This document shows, one piece after another, positions 1 through 10,619 of a stretch of 58,314 bases of DNA; within the stretch, counting starts at the first letter, position 1, and every line of letters starts with the position of its first letter. The notes under the pieces are model-generated. The model worked only from the letters and a program-made list of their open reading frames with translations. It did no database searches and had not been told where the DNA came from. Made by a program: the position numbers and the translations under genes. Source of the stretch: Bdellovibrionota bacterium (GTDB lineage: Bacteria; Bdellovibrionota_C; UBA2361; OMIW01). The stretch covers positions 1-58,314 of the forward strand of contig JBIJBT010000004.1 in assembly GCA_044345055.1 (NCBI GenBank), written 5' to 3'.

Positions 1-414
1 GAGCTATGTTTGGGTATTATGGGAGAGATGATTGCTGAGATGGTTCCTCAGCATCATGCGATGTCAAAAGCGATGGAATCTGGTTTTCTTAATGCCACAG
101 AGCTTGCTGATTTTCTCGCGGCTAGGGGAGTTCCGTTCCGTGAGGCTCATCATATCGTGGGAGCACTTGTTTTACGGTGCGAAGAACAGGGTAAGCGTCT
201 CGAGGATCTATCCGATGCGGAGCTCCTTGAAGCATCGCCGCTTCTTACCTCTGAAGCCCGTTCGTGCCTGAGCTATACCCGCGCAGTTGAGAGGCGTACT
301 TCGAGAGGAGGAACCGCTCCGAGCGCCGTAGCGCAGCAGCGCCTCATTCTCGGGGAGAGATTGAGTGAGGTTGTTGAGTGGTTTGGTAAGCGTCGCAACA
401 CCAGTAATCAGTAA
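1..414 (+). CDS. argH: Argininosuccinate lyase, C-terminal part (5' end outside window)
   Basis: Frame open from base 1; motif ATELADFLAARGVPFREAHHIVG and RTSRGGTAP match the ArgH C-terminal domain. Confidence 0.93.
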   Translation, partial: ELCLGIMGEMIAEMVPQHHAMSKAMESGFLNATELADFLAARGVPFREAHHIVGALVLRCEEQGKRLEDLSDAELLEASPLLTSEARSCLSYTRAVERRTSRGGTAPSAVAQQRLILGERLSEVVEWFGKRRNTSNQ

Positions 415-416
415 TA

Positions 417-621
417 GTAACTATTCACCCCTATAATTCCCAATAACCTCCCACAACCCCTTAGGGGTGGCGGGCGAAAGCCCGCCGGGGGGAAACAACT
501 AACTATTCAGCAAAAAACTGCCGACGAGCGTTGAGCGAGTCGAGCCACCCAAATCACCACTGCGTTTCATGTTTTTTTGTCTTTCAAAGGACTCCTTTAA
601 AAAGGTGGGCTGAATAGTTAC
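417..621. mobile_element. MITE-like non-autonomous element, 205 bp
   Basis: Terminal inverted repeats GTAACTATTCA (417-427) and TGAATAGTTAC (611-621), flanked by an identical 8-bp CAGTAATA (409-416 and 622-629); no ORF inside. Confidence 0.8.
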
Positions 622-669
622 CAGTAATACTATAAATCGAGCGTATAACCAGATTTATTTATTGTATTG

Positions 670-701
670 GGGGGCAGATCCTTTTGAAGCCCCCTTTTTT
701 T
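670..701 (+). terminator. Possible intrinsic terminator downstream of argH/MITE
   Basis: GGGGGC-13 nt-GCCCCC followed by T7; the loop is large. Confidence 0.4.
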
Positions 702-906
702 CCTGCCCTCTCCCCTCCCTTTGCATAAAAAAAACCGCACCTCTACCTATCGAGCCGCATCTGATAGGGTGGCACCGTTATCTATCGTTCAACTGATTCG
801 ACTTGCAAGCGCCTGTCGTGAGGTTCCTTCTTCAATAGTTATCGGGCAGTAATGTTTTTCCAAGCAGTAACGCAGTTGGTTCAGGAGTGCAACTACGAGG
901 GGTATT

Positions 907-2334
907 GTGCAGGAATCATCGGAATCTGGGCGGAAGAAGATATTAATTGTCGACGATGAGCCCGCAATTAGGGATTCACTCCAGCTTATTTTAAATGCTC
1001 ATTTCGATGTTTTGGTGGCCGAAGATGGTGAGGCAGCTCTTCAAATACTCTCCACGCTAATTCCCGATCTTGTGCTGCTCGATGTTTCGATGCCAAGGCT
1101 CGATGGATTAGAGACGCTCCGCCGGATGAGGGATCAGGGAATCACTATCCCTGTTGTTATGTTAACAGCCTCAACGACTGTTAGAACCGCTGTTCAGGCG
1201 ATCAAGTTAGGTGCAATAGATTACTTAAATAAACCATTTGACCTTCAAGAGTTGACCCGTCTCATCGCATCGGTCTTTGACGGTGAACGACACGATGCTT
1301 CCTCTGTATCGGCTAAATCTCCGCGAGCGATCTGCACCTTTGTTGAGGGAAAAAGCGGGGCGATACGGGAAGTTTTACAGCGAGTAACAAAGGTTGCTGA
1401 GCGAGATACAACGGTTTTGATATCGGGGGAATCAGGCGTCGGCAAAGAATTGATCGCTCGGGAGATTCATCAACGCAGCGACAGACGAGACGGCCCCTTT
1501 GTCGCGATAAATTGTGCAGCGATTCCGGAAACTCTGATTGAAGCTGAACTCTTTGGACATGAAAGGGGAGCATTTACTCACGCTGTTGAGAAGCGAATCG
1601 GGTATTGCGAACAGGCGAATGGGGGAACACTTTTTCTCGATGAAATCGGGGAATTAAGCCTTGCTGTTCAGGTAAAATTACTCCGTTTTTTACAGGAACG
1701 GGAATTTTCTCGGGTTGGTAGCTCGAAACTTATCTCGGTGAATGTCCGTATCCTTGCCGCGACAAATCGTAATCTTGAAGAAGGGATTCGACAAAGAACA
1801 TTTCGGCAGGACCTTTATTATCGGATCAATGTTGTTCATATAAATGTTCCCCCTTTGCGGGATCGTTTTGAAGATATCGAGCCGATGATTGAGCATCTCG
1901 GAAATAAGTTGGCCCCTCGCTATGCAGGGCGAAAAATGGTGTTCTCTCGTGACGCGCTTGACGTACTGGTACAGTATCCATGGCCGGGGAATGTTCGAGA
2001 ATTAGAAAATGTTGTCGAAAGCTTGATGGCGCTCAGCCGCGAAACAGAGATCGGTGTCGGAGATCTTCCGAGAAAAATTCGTGAAAGGTGGGATCTCGGC
2101 CACTCGCCGAGTCAGCCGACAGGAGTTCTCTCCCTTGAGGATGCCGAGCGTCACTTTGAGCGCGATATGATTGAGCGGGCGTTGCAGAAGGCGGGCGGGG
2201 TCCAAACGCGCGCAGCCCAGATACTCGGGATTAGTAGAAGAATTCTAAAATACAAGATGGATAAGCTCGGAATTTCTGATGGAGCTGCTCGCGGGGAGAG
2301 TGCGTCCTCTGGCGGAGAAGAATCATCTCACTGA
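907..2334 (+). CDS. Sigma-54-dependent response regulator (NtrC/AtoC family)
   Basis: Receiver domain (ILIVDDE, LLDVSMP, KPF), AAA+ Walker A GESGVGKE, GAFTHA, LFLDEIGE, WPGNVRELEN, and a Fis-type HTH (AAQILGISRRIL). Confidence 0.95.
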   Translation: MQESSESGRKKILIVDDEPAIRDSLQLILNAHFDVLVAEDGEAALQILSTLIPDLVLLDVSMPRLDGLETLRRMRDQGITIPVVMLTASTTVRTAVQAIKLGAIDYLNKPFDLQELTRLIASVFDGERHDASSVSAKSPRAICTFVEGKSGAIREVLQRVTKVAERDTTVLISGESGVGKELIAREIHQRSDRRDGPFVAINCAAIPETLIEAELFGHERGAFTHAVEKRIGYCEQANGGTLFLDEIGELSLAVQVKLLRFLQEREFSRVGSSKLISVNVRILAATNRNLEEGIRQRTFRQDLYYRINVVHINVPPLRDRFEDIEPMIEHLGNKLAPRYAGRKMVFSRDALDVLVQYPWPGNVRELENVVESLMALSRETEIGVGDLPRKIRERWDLGHSPSQPTGVLSLEDAERHFERDMIERALQKAGGVQTRAAQILGISRRILKYKMDKLGISDGAARGESASSGGEESSH

Positions 2335-2353
2335 GAAGGGGAGGATTGAGGAG

Positions 2354-2656
2354 CTACTTCTTAAAAAGATCATCCAAAGATTTCATCAGATCTCCTTTTG
2401 ACTTATCTATTGAAGTTTCGCCGTTCACTGCGGCTAAAGCGCCATTTTTTGGGCGGAAAAAATCACAGAAGTTTGCGCGGTCCTTCGCGACTACTCGCTC
2501 TGCTTGAGGTTCGCGACATTCGTTGTACGCGGCTCGATCGTAAAAGGTGCAATTGAGGCAGACCCGAAGATCACGCCGACAATTAGAACATTCCTCCGAA
2601 CGGGAGCGAATATCGGCCGAAAATGGGTGGGAGCAGGCGTGGCACCGTGGGCTCAT
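2354..2656 (-). CDS. Small Cys-rich putative zinc-binding protein
   Basis: From ATG 2656 (MSPRCHAC): CHAC, CSNC, CLNC plus two further Cys; ends LDDLFKK. Confidence 0.75.
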   Translation of the reverse strand: MSPRCHACSHPFSADIRSRSEECSNCRRDLRVCLNCTFYDRAAYNECREPQAERVVAKDRANFCDFFRPKNGALAAVNGETSIDKSKGDLMKSLDDLFKK

Positions 2657-2986
2657 GGCGATATAAAATAAAGTCGACGGTTGGCGGAATAATTGCTCCA
2701 AGTGATCGAAGAGCTATGGAGCACAGGTCGTTGTTTAATCTCCAACTACCTGTAGATTACCCGAAACGTGTTAGCTGGGAAATCCTTGACTCGATTGGCT
2801 GCTCGGAGCTCAAAATCCCGATTCACTATTCAAATGGTCGAGAGTCGGATACCTTAGTTAGCAGTGTGAGTTGGCGCTGTGATTAAACGATTTACGGTAA
2901 TAGCGATGACGAGTGACCGAGTGATGATGATAAATGATGACAAGAGAATCTCTTCATCTCGTCGCGGCTCTGAGGAAGGGGGAATA

Positions 2987-4282
2987 ATGAAGGTGGTATC
3001 ACCCGAGATAGTTGACGCTATCTCGTTTCCGAGAAGGTTGATTCAGACCATCTTTAACGATCTAAAGTATATAATTCGGGTAATTATTTCAGCTTCTGAT
3101 AGATTCTATTGGGATAATGGTTTCTCCAAGGCGGCATCTCTTGCCTACTCGACTCTCTTTGCGCTTGTGCCCCTTACGGCTCTTTTCCTTGGATTTCTTG
3201 GCTCATTTACCGGAATGGCAGCTGATGTTCCTGAGTTAGGAGATTTTGTCGTCCGACAGTTTCTTCCTAATACTGCGGGTGTCGGAGAGGTTGTTCAGAA
3301 GGTAAAGGAATTTTCTCAAGTTGTCGCCTCGCTAAATATCGTCACGATCCCCTTTATCGTGGTGACCTCGCTGCTTTTGATAAGTTCGGTAGAGTATGCG
3401 CTCAATCAGGTGTGGCAGGTTTTTGAATCTCGACCGATTTCACACCGCATTGGTATATATTGCGCGATTCTTGTGCTTGCACCGATTTTAGCTCTATCTG
3501 CTTATTATACCGCAAAATATCGAGTTGAGCCCCTTTTATTGAACGTTTCGGGAGAAGTCGATTTTATCAATAGGTTATACGATAGCGCAGTTCCATTTGT
3601 TATTGATCTTATTGCGTTTGTTTCGTTGTATTATCTGGTGCCCAAAGCTCCTGTTCAGTTTCGTTCCGCCCTTTTTGGTGGGGTATTTGCTTCGCTCCTT
3701 TTCGGATCCGCAAAGGCAGCGTTTGCGATATATATTCGGGGATTTTCGTCGTATGAGCGGATTTATGGAACACTCGCGGCGATTCCAATCTTCTTATTCT
3801 GGCTCTATTTGGCGTGGACTATTGTCCTATTTGGGTGTGAGTTGTGTTATCAGGTCCAGTATCTTCCGCGCAGTGGGCGATTATGGAAACGTCAGCTTCT
3901 GAGTGTAGGAGACGGAAGGTTGCTGCTTGCGATTCAGGCGCTGGTAATAATAGGAAAATCATTTGAAAAGGGTGAAAAGCTACCAAACGAGCTTGAGCTT
4001 TCGGCTCGGCTTGGTTGCAGCAGTCTTGTGTTAAAACCTGCGCTTGAGGCACTTCGGGTTGCTGGAATTATATCGAGGGGAGATTCTCGAGATATGCCTC
4101 TTACCTTGTCGAGGTCTGCCGATCTTATTACGATGCAGGCAGTTCAAAAGGCGGTAGCCCAATCGCGGGAGCGGGTGGATTGTGCCGATGAGGTTGCGCG
4201 AGTTCTAAAAGCGTTGTCGGTCGAAGAGGGTAGCGAATCGTCGCAGCCCTTGACCCTGCGCGACCTTGTTCGGGGGGAATGA
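2987..4282 (+). CDS. YihY/BrkB family inner membrane protein with C-terminal Rrf2-like winged HTH
   Basis: AASLAYSTLFALVP, ALNQVW, YERIYGTLAAIPIFLFWLYLAW motifs; C-terminal ELSARLG...LEALRVAGII. ATG 2987 follows a purine-rich SD. Confidence 0.88.
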   Translation: MKVVSPEIVDAISFPRRLIQTIFNDLKYIIRVIISASDRFYWDNGFSKAASLAYSTLFALVPLTALFLGFLGSFTGMAADVPELGDFVVRQFLPNTAGVGEVVQKVKEFSQVVASLNIVTIPFIVVTSLLLISSVEYALNQVWQVFESRPISHRIGIYCAILVLAPILALSAYYTAKYRVEPLLLNVSGEVDFINRLYDSAVPFVIDLIAFVSLYYLVPKAPVQFRSALFGGVFASLLFGSAKAAFAIYIRGFSSYERIYGTLAAIPIFLFWLYLAWTIVLFGCELCYQVQYLPRSGRLWKRQLLSVGDGRLLLAIQALVIIGKSFEKGEKLPNELELSARLGCSSLVLKPALEALRVAGIISRGDSRDMPLTLSRSADLITMQAVQKAVAQSRERVDCADEVARVLKALSVEEGSESSQPLTLRDLVRGE

Positions 4283-4291
4283 GATACCGGC

Positions 4292-4966
4292 TTGAGGGGG
4301 TGGTGTTTGATGATTTTGTTCGGGAGAGATGTGGTGGTGAAGCACGAATTTAAAAAGCGATTGCTCGGTGTGGTAGCTGGTGTTGTTACTGCAATGTTTG
4401 GTGGAGTTGCTGCAAACGCTGAAGAGCTACCCCGTTTACAGCTCGGTGCCTGGGAGCAAACGATTCAGCTCGAAGCACCTCAGTTTAAGGGGCTTCCTCC
4501 AGCGATAGCTCAACAGCTCGTAAAGCAGCTTGGCGAAAAAAAAACGCGGCTCTGTATTACGAGTAAAGAGCAGAACGGTTTGATGGATGGGTTTCTTGAG
4601 GGATCTGAGGGAAGGTGTGCCATCAAGGATGTATTACGAAAAGGAAATATCTATTCCTGGGTTGCTGCGTGCTCTGGGGATAACGAGTTGGTGGGAAGCG
4701 GTTCAGTTCGATCGACCTTTACCATGAATAAATCTTCTGAAAGTGCTTATACCGTTAATGTCGTGAGCAAGGGGCAGATTCGCGGAAATCCGATGGCGCA
4801 TTCGATGTCTATCGAAGGGCGCTACTTAGGTGCTAATTGTAAGTCGTTTGGGGCGAAGACGGGAGAAGAGGTTCTTGAGGGCGCAAAAAAGAAGGGGCAA
4901 GCTCTCGCTGAAAATCCCTTCATCGCCGAGATGCGCCGAAAATTAATGCAGGATCAGAAAGGTTAG
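4292..4966 (+). CDS. Secreted DUF3617-like protein (start uncertain)
   Basis: Signal peptide ending ANA, then GAWEQT, CIT, paired Cys, and GRYLGANC, typical of DUF3617. Confidence 0.65.
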   Translation: MRGWCLMILFGRDVVVKHEFKKRLLGVVAGVVTAMFGGVAANAEELPRLQLGAWEQTIQLEAPQFKGLPPAIAQQLVKQLGEKKTRLCITSKEQNGLMDGFLEGSEGRCAIKDVLRKGNIYSWVAACSGDNELVGSGSVRSTFTMNKSSESAYTVNVVSKGQIRGNPMAHSMSIEGRYLGANCKSFGAKTGEEVLEGAKKKGQALAENPFIAEMRRKLMQDQKG

Positions 4967-5036
4967 GAGGGAGGAAAAGGGGTGCGCTTGAAATAAGGGT
5001 GAGAGGCACTTCGCCCCTCACCACATCGCCAAACCG

Positions 5037-6113
<1,077 letters not shown>

Positions 6114-6412
6114 TGATCTGCTCCCTTAACATTGAATACCTATGACAGCACCGGAATTTGGACAACCTTCAACAACCGTTTAGAGAGAGCCGAGAGATTG
6201 TCCAAATTCCGAAGCTGAATCGTTCGAAATGGCCTTAAAAATGGCCTTTGCAAAGAGAGATGAAAGTCTTCAATCTTCGCCTTATACGAGCCGTTATAGC
6301 ACCGGATCTGGTGCGATCGCAAACTGGTGATGGCTACCAATTTATAATCGTTAACGATTCAAAATAGGAATGTGAAGAGCCTGCCATAACCTCAACTAAC
6401 TGTGCCGATGAA

Positions 6413-7861
6413 TCATCCAGAGCAATACTTCACATTCTGATATTCTCTCATTCCCATCGAATGTCCTTCGCGGCCGATGCCGGATTCTTTGATTCCGCCG
6501 AACGGAGCGTGTACGAGAGAGAGGCGGGTTTGATTGAGCCCTATCATACCGGCCTCGAGATTTTGGGATGCCCACTCGAGTCGTTTGGCGGAGCTGGTAT
6601 AGGCGTATGCTATGAGTCCAGCAGGGCTGGCGTTTGCGCGGGTTATTACCTCTTCGTCCTCATCGAAAACAAGAATTGAGCATACAGGACCAAAAATCTC
6701 CTCTTTGGTTATGCGCATCGTATCGGTAATGTCGGTGAGGATTATGGGAGGCATGATCGATTGCGCGGGATCGGTAAGGGTGCCGAATGAGCATGTGGCA
6801 CCGGAGCTGAGGGCGTCATTTACGAGGTTGTTTAGGATATTGTGACGATTTGGTTGGGTAAGAGGCCCGAGGGTGGTTTCAGGATCAAAACCGTTTCCAG
6901 GACGAAGTTTTTCTGCTTGTTCTGAAAGAAGCTTTACGAATGGTTCCACAACTGAACGGTGAACGAAGAACCGATTGACACTGATACAGGTCTGACCACT
7001 ATTGCGAAATTTTGCAGCTGCCCCGTCGCGCGCTGCCTGTTCGAGATCTGCGTCATCCCAGACGATAAAAGGGGCATTGCCGCCAAGTTCGAGAGTGGGG
7101 CGGATCATCCGCTGGGCCGCTTTCGCCATCAAAAGTTTTCCGATCGCAGTCGAGCCGGTAAAGCTCAACTTTCGCACGAGTGGGGATGAAAGAAGAAGAT
7201 CTCCGATCCGCGGCGCGTCCCCGGTGATTATCTGAAGGGCGCCGGCGGGCAAACCGGAAGCTGTTGCAATCGCGGCAAAACGGAGGGCAGTAAAGGGGGT
7301 TTCGGGTGCTGGCTTGCACACAACGGAGCATCCAGCAGCCCACGCCGCAGCTGCTTTTCGGGTGATCATCGCAAGAGGGAAATTCCAAGGTGTGATGAGA
7401 GCGGCGACTCCGACTGGTTCAAATCTAATTTGAATTGATCCAGTTGAATCAGGTCCATCGAGTATTTCTCCACGAATGCGCTCAGCTTCGCCCGCAAACC
7501 AATCAAGGTATGCAGCACTATAGGCGACCTCAGCACGAGCCTCGATGAGTGGTTTGCCTTGCTCAAGAGTTATGGTTTGAGCGAGAAGATCCTCCTCCAA
7601 TCGAAGCGCAGCCGCGATGGCTCGCAATAGCTTTGCTCGCGAGTGTCCGGTACTTTTTTTCCACTCCGTAAAGCAGAGGTGAGCTTGGGAGATCGCTTCG
7701 TTGACAAGCTCATCATTGAGCTCGGGAACCTGTCCAATGGGAGTTCGGTCGAATGGATTGTAGATTGTTGTTTTTGGTCCTGCAGAGTTTATGAGGGAAC
7801 CCTCGATCCACGAACCGTATAGGAGAGGAGGCCCAGAATGTGGTGAGTAGATATTTTTCAT
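6413..7861 (-). CDS. gabD: NAD(P)-dependent succinate-semialdehyde dehydrogenase family
   Basis: ITPWNFP, SFTGST, LELGGNAP, FRNSGQTC, EEIFGP, APFGGIKESGIGREG. Confidence 0.85.
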   Translation of the reverse strand: MKNIYSPHSGPPLLYGSWIEGSLINSAGPKTTIYNPFDRTPIGQVPELNDELVNEAISQAHLCFTEWKKSTGHSRAKLLRAIAAALRLEEDLLAQTITLEQGKPLIEARAEVAYSAAYLDWFAGEAERIRGEILDGPDSTGSIQIRFEPVGVAALITPWNFPLAMITRKAAAAWAAGCSVVCKPAPETPFTALRFAAIATASGLPAGALQIITGDAPRIGDLLLSSPLVRKLSFTGSTAIGKLLMAKAAQRMIRPTLELGGNAPFIVWDDADLEQAARDGAAAKFRNSGQTCISVNRFFVHRSVVEPFVKLLSEQAEKLRPGNGFDPETTLGPLTQPNRHNILNNLVNDALSSGATCSFGTLTDPAQSIMPPIILTDITDTMRITKEEIFGPVCSILVFDEDEEVITRANASPAGLIAYAYTSSAKRLEWASQNLEAGMIGLNQTRLSLVHAPFGGIKESGIGREGHSMGMREYQNVKYCSG

Positions 7862-8082
7862 GCGAGCCCTAGAAAGACATCAGAGTACCTTGTTTACCCT
7901 ATTCCTGCTAAAGGGTAACATAAGGGCGGAAGCTCAAAGAAGGTGTCAATGAATCTGCAAAAAGTAGAGCTAATTAGTAAAAATATACTGTCCATGAAGT
8001 AGCCTAAGCTACATTGCGAGCAGCGAGCATTGGTCGCAAGATGCTATGCCCGACTACTGTGGTAAGTTTAAGGAGAATGTCG

Positions 8083-8925
8083 ATGATAAAGAGGTTTCAA
8101 TCACACTTTCTTGTACGTTGTATGCTCGCAGGAGCGCTTACCTTTTTGCTTGGCTGCGGAGGTGGTGGCGGCGATGATGAACAGACTGCGAATGCATGTG
8201 GTGGAATTGGGTTAGGAGCCAAAATAATAAACGGTCAGAGCTGCGATGGTATCGCGAGATCGACTGTCGTGCGTATTGGTGCGGTTGTTTCGGTATTCGG
8301 AAGTGAGCGGATTGTGCCGGTCTGTACGGGTACGATGGTTGCTCCGAATGTGGTTTTAACCGCCGCCCACTGCATTATCTCACAATTAGAGGGATTTCCC
8401 GTCGTCGATCAGGGCGTTCTTATCGGCGAGCCTGGTTCGGCGTCGTATTTTGCTGGTCGCTCCGTTTCAGTTGCACCAGGATATCGTTTTGACCCACAGG
8501 TAGGGCGCTCCTTTAACGATGCGGCTCTCATCTTTCTGAATCGGTCGACGAATTTGCCCGTAACGCCGATTCTTAATTCTCGAATCCCCTCGGTGGGTGA
8601 GGAAGGTTTTGTCTATGGGTATGGCATTCGCGAACAGAACGATACTCAGGGTGAAACTGCTGATTTCTTTTCCCTTGAGGCGGGTACGATGACTGTGTCG
8701 GAGGTTACGGAGAACCATCTTTTTGTGCTCTTTTCAGGGGGCGGAGTCAATGTGTGTAACGGGGATTCCGGAGGGCCGTTACTCGTTCGAGATGCAGAGG
8801 GGCGTCTTGCGATCGCTGGAGTGGTTTCCGAAGGGAGTGTGCAGGGGTGTGTTGCAGGGGATGTGACGACCTTCACCAACATGCAATCGTCGGTGATTCA
8901 GCGATGGCTTCGAGGAGTTTTATAG
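8083..8925 (+). CDS. S1 (chymotrypsin-fold) serine protease, lipoprotein
   Basis: SD AGGAG 7 nt before ATG 8083; lipobox LLGC; activation site K|IING; catalytic motifs TAAHC, NDAAL, GDSGGP. Confidence 0.9.
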   Translation: MIKRFQSHFLVRCMLAGALTFLLGCGGGGGDDEQTANACGGIGLGAKIINGQSCDGIARSTVVRIGAVVSVFGSERIVPVCTGTMVAPNVVLTAAHCIISQLEGFPVVDQGVLIGEPGSASYFAGRSVSVAPGYRFDPQVGRSFNDAALIFLNRSTNLPVTPILNSRIPSVGEEGFVYGYGIREQNDTQGETADFFSLEAGTMTVSEVTENHLFVLFSGGGVNVCNGDSGGPLLVRDAEGRLAIAGVVSEGSVQGCVAGDVTTFTNMQSSVIQRWLRGVL

Positions 8926-8956
8926 CGATTATTCTTGTGGGCTCACAGTTGTGGGC

Positions 8957-9952
8957 TCATAAGAGCTTTTCCGCCTCGGCGCGAGCGATAAATCGCGCCA
9001 CGATCGAGGCGACGCTCTCTATCTCCTGAATGCCACCAACGCTTTTACCCGCTGACCAGAGTGCTTCCTCTGAAAATTGGCCCTTCTTTATCTTTTCCCA
9101 TGGCTGGCCGGATATCAGCGAATAACAGCGACGGAGCCACCGCTTTCGATTTGGGGTTCGGAGCATGAATTGTTCGGGGAGGGTGAATTTATCGCCGAGG
9201 CGGGCGATTCCGGGGGTGCGAATCACCGCAAGTGGGACGCCGATCTGTACCTTTGGGGTTGCGATGATATCAGCCTCGGATGCCGTGACTATTGCCTCTT
9301 TATAGCGTTGAGGTGCTGTTGCTTCGGTTGTCGCGATAAAGCGGGTCCCCATTAACACTCCTGCGTAGCCGAGCTTGAGTGCATCGCAAAAGTGCGCCTC
9401 TGAGCCGATGCCCCCTGCGCATATAACGGGAACACCAAAAGCTGAGAGTTCACTCCACAGCTCCTCCATCGAGTTCGGTCCTGCATGGCCACCTGCTCGG
9501 TTGTTTACCGCGATTAGGCCATCAACTCCCGCATCAATCGCAATCTGAGCGTGAGCGCGATTTGTCACCTTATGATAGACGACACCCCCTGCCGCGTGAG
9601 TTTTTTCGACGACTACAGTTGGTTTGCCGAGTGCTGTTGTTACGAACCGCACTCCATGATCGAGTGCGACACCGAGCCAAGTAAGTCCCTGTTGGCGATG
9701 TTCAGGGGTGCCCTCAATTAGCACATTGATTCCGTAAGGGCCGGTTGCCAGCTCCTGCATCTGAGAAAATGCCTCAGGGAGCGGGGTTCGGTGAGTCACG
9801 GTGAAGCTGACTGGTTGAATCTCGCCCAGAATACCTGCTCTTGCACATTGAGCAACTAGGGTGGGGCTTGAGATCTGGTACATCGCACCCGCGATTATCG
9901 GATAGCGCGCCCTGCTGTGGGCGAGAAATAGTTCCTGCATCGGTGATGACAT
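8957..9952 (-). CDS. Nitronate monooxygenase / FabK-like FMN enzyme
   Basis: PIIAGAM, AGGHAG, VICAGGI, GVLMGTRF, WSAGKSVG. Confidence 0.88.
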   Translation of the reverse strand: MSSPMQELFLAHSRARYPIIAGAMYQISSPTLVAQCARAGILGEIQPVSFTVTHRTPLPEAFSQMQELATGPYGINVLIEGTPEHRQQGLTWLGVALDHGVRFVTTALGKPTVVVEKTHAAGGVVYHKVTNRAHAQIAIDAGVDGLIAVNNRAGGHAGPNSMEELWSELSAFGVPVICAGGIGSEAHFCDALKLGYAGVLMGTRFIATTEATAPQRYKEAIVTASEADIIATPKVQIGVPLAVIRTPGIARLGDKFTLPEQFMLRTPNRKRWLRRCYSLISGQPWEKIKKGQFSEEALWSAGKSVGGIQEIESVASIVARFIARAEAEKLL

Positions 9953-10016
9953 CTTATCCTTAGAGGCGGCGCGGTATCCTGTGTGCTTTACTATGTGGCA
10001 CTGAGCTCTTAAACGG

Positions 10017-10619
10017 TTACGAAGAGGGTTGACTGGCTGCTGGTTGGTCGAGCAGCTTTTCTATCGCCTCAACGAGACGGCTCGATGATGGTGCGGTAGT
10101 TGAGTGAAAATAATCGACCAGTTTACCGTTGCGATCGATCAGGTATTTGTGAAAATTCCACTTAGGAGCGGTTCCAAAACCGAGCGTTTCGCGGGCCCAT
10201 AGATAAAAGGGGTGAGCTTCGCTGCCTGAAACTACCTCTTTTGCGGTCACCGGAAAGGTAACGCCGTAGTTTAATTTACAGAACGAAGCTATTTCTTCAG
10301 AGGAGCCCGGTTCCTGATGACCAAAATCATTACTTGGCACCGCAATAACTACGAGCCCACGATCGTGATAGGTTGTGTAAAGTTTTTCAAGACCTTCGTA
10401 TTGGCTGGTGAACCCGCACCTTGACGCAGTATTCACGATTAAAAGTACCTTGCCCGAAAATTGTGAAATAGGAAGCGGTTTTCCTCCCATTAATTCGACA
10501 AAGGAAAAATCGTACGCAGACCCACCCTCAGCCTTTGCTTCTTGTTGACCAAATAAGCTACCGAGTAATCCCATCATGACTCCGCAAAAAAGAAAAAGTT
10601 GAAATAAAAGATGCCTCAT
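10017..10619 (-). CDS. Glutathione peroxidase family protein (Cys type) with N-terminal signal peptide
   Basis: GKVLLIVNTASRCGFT, PSNDFGHQEPG, KWNFHKYLI; catalytic codon is TGC. Confidence 0.93.
   Translation of the reverse strand: MRHLLFQLFLFCGVMMGLLGSLFGQQEAKAEGGSAYDFSFVELMGGKPLPISQFSGKVLLIVNTASRCGFTSQYEGLEKLYTTYHDRGLVVIAVPSNDFGHQEPGSSEEIASFCKLNYGVTFPVTAKEVVSGSEAHPFYLWARETLGFGTAPKWNFHKYLIDRNGKLVDYFHSTTAPSSSRLVEAIEKLLDQPAASQPSS

Noticed and set aside
10017..10619. Selenocysteine glutathione peroxidase
   Set aside because: The catalytic codon is TGC (Cys); there is no in-frame TGA.
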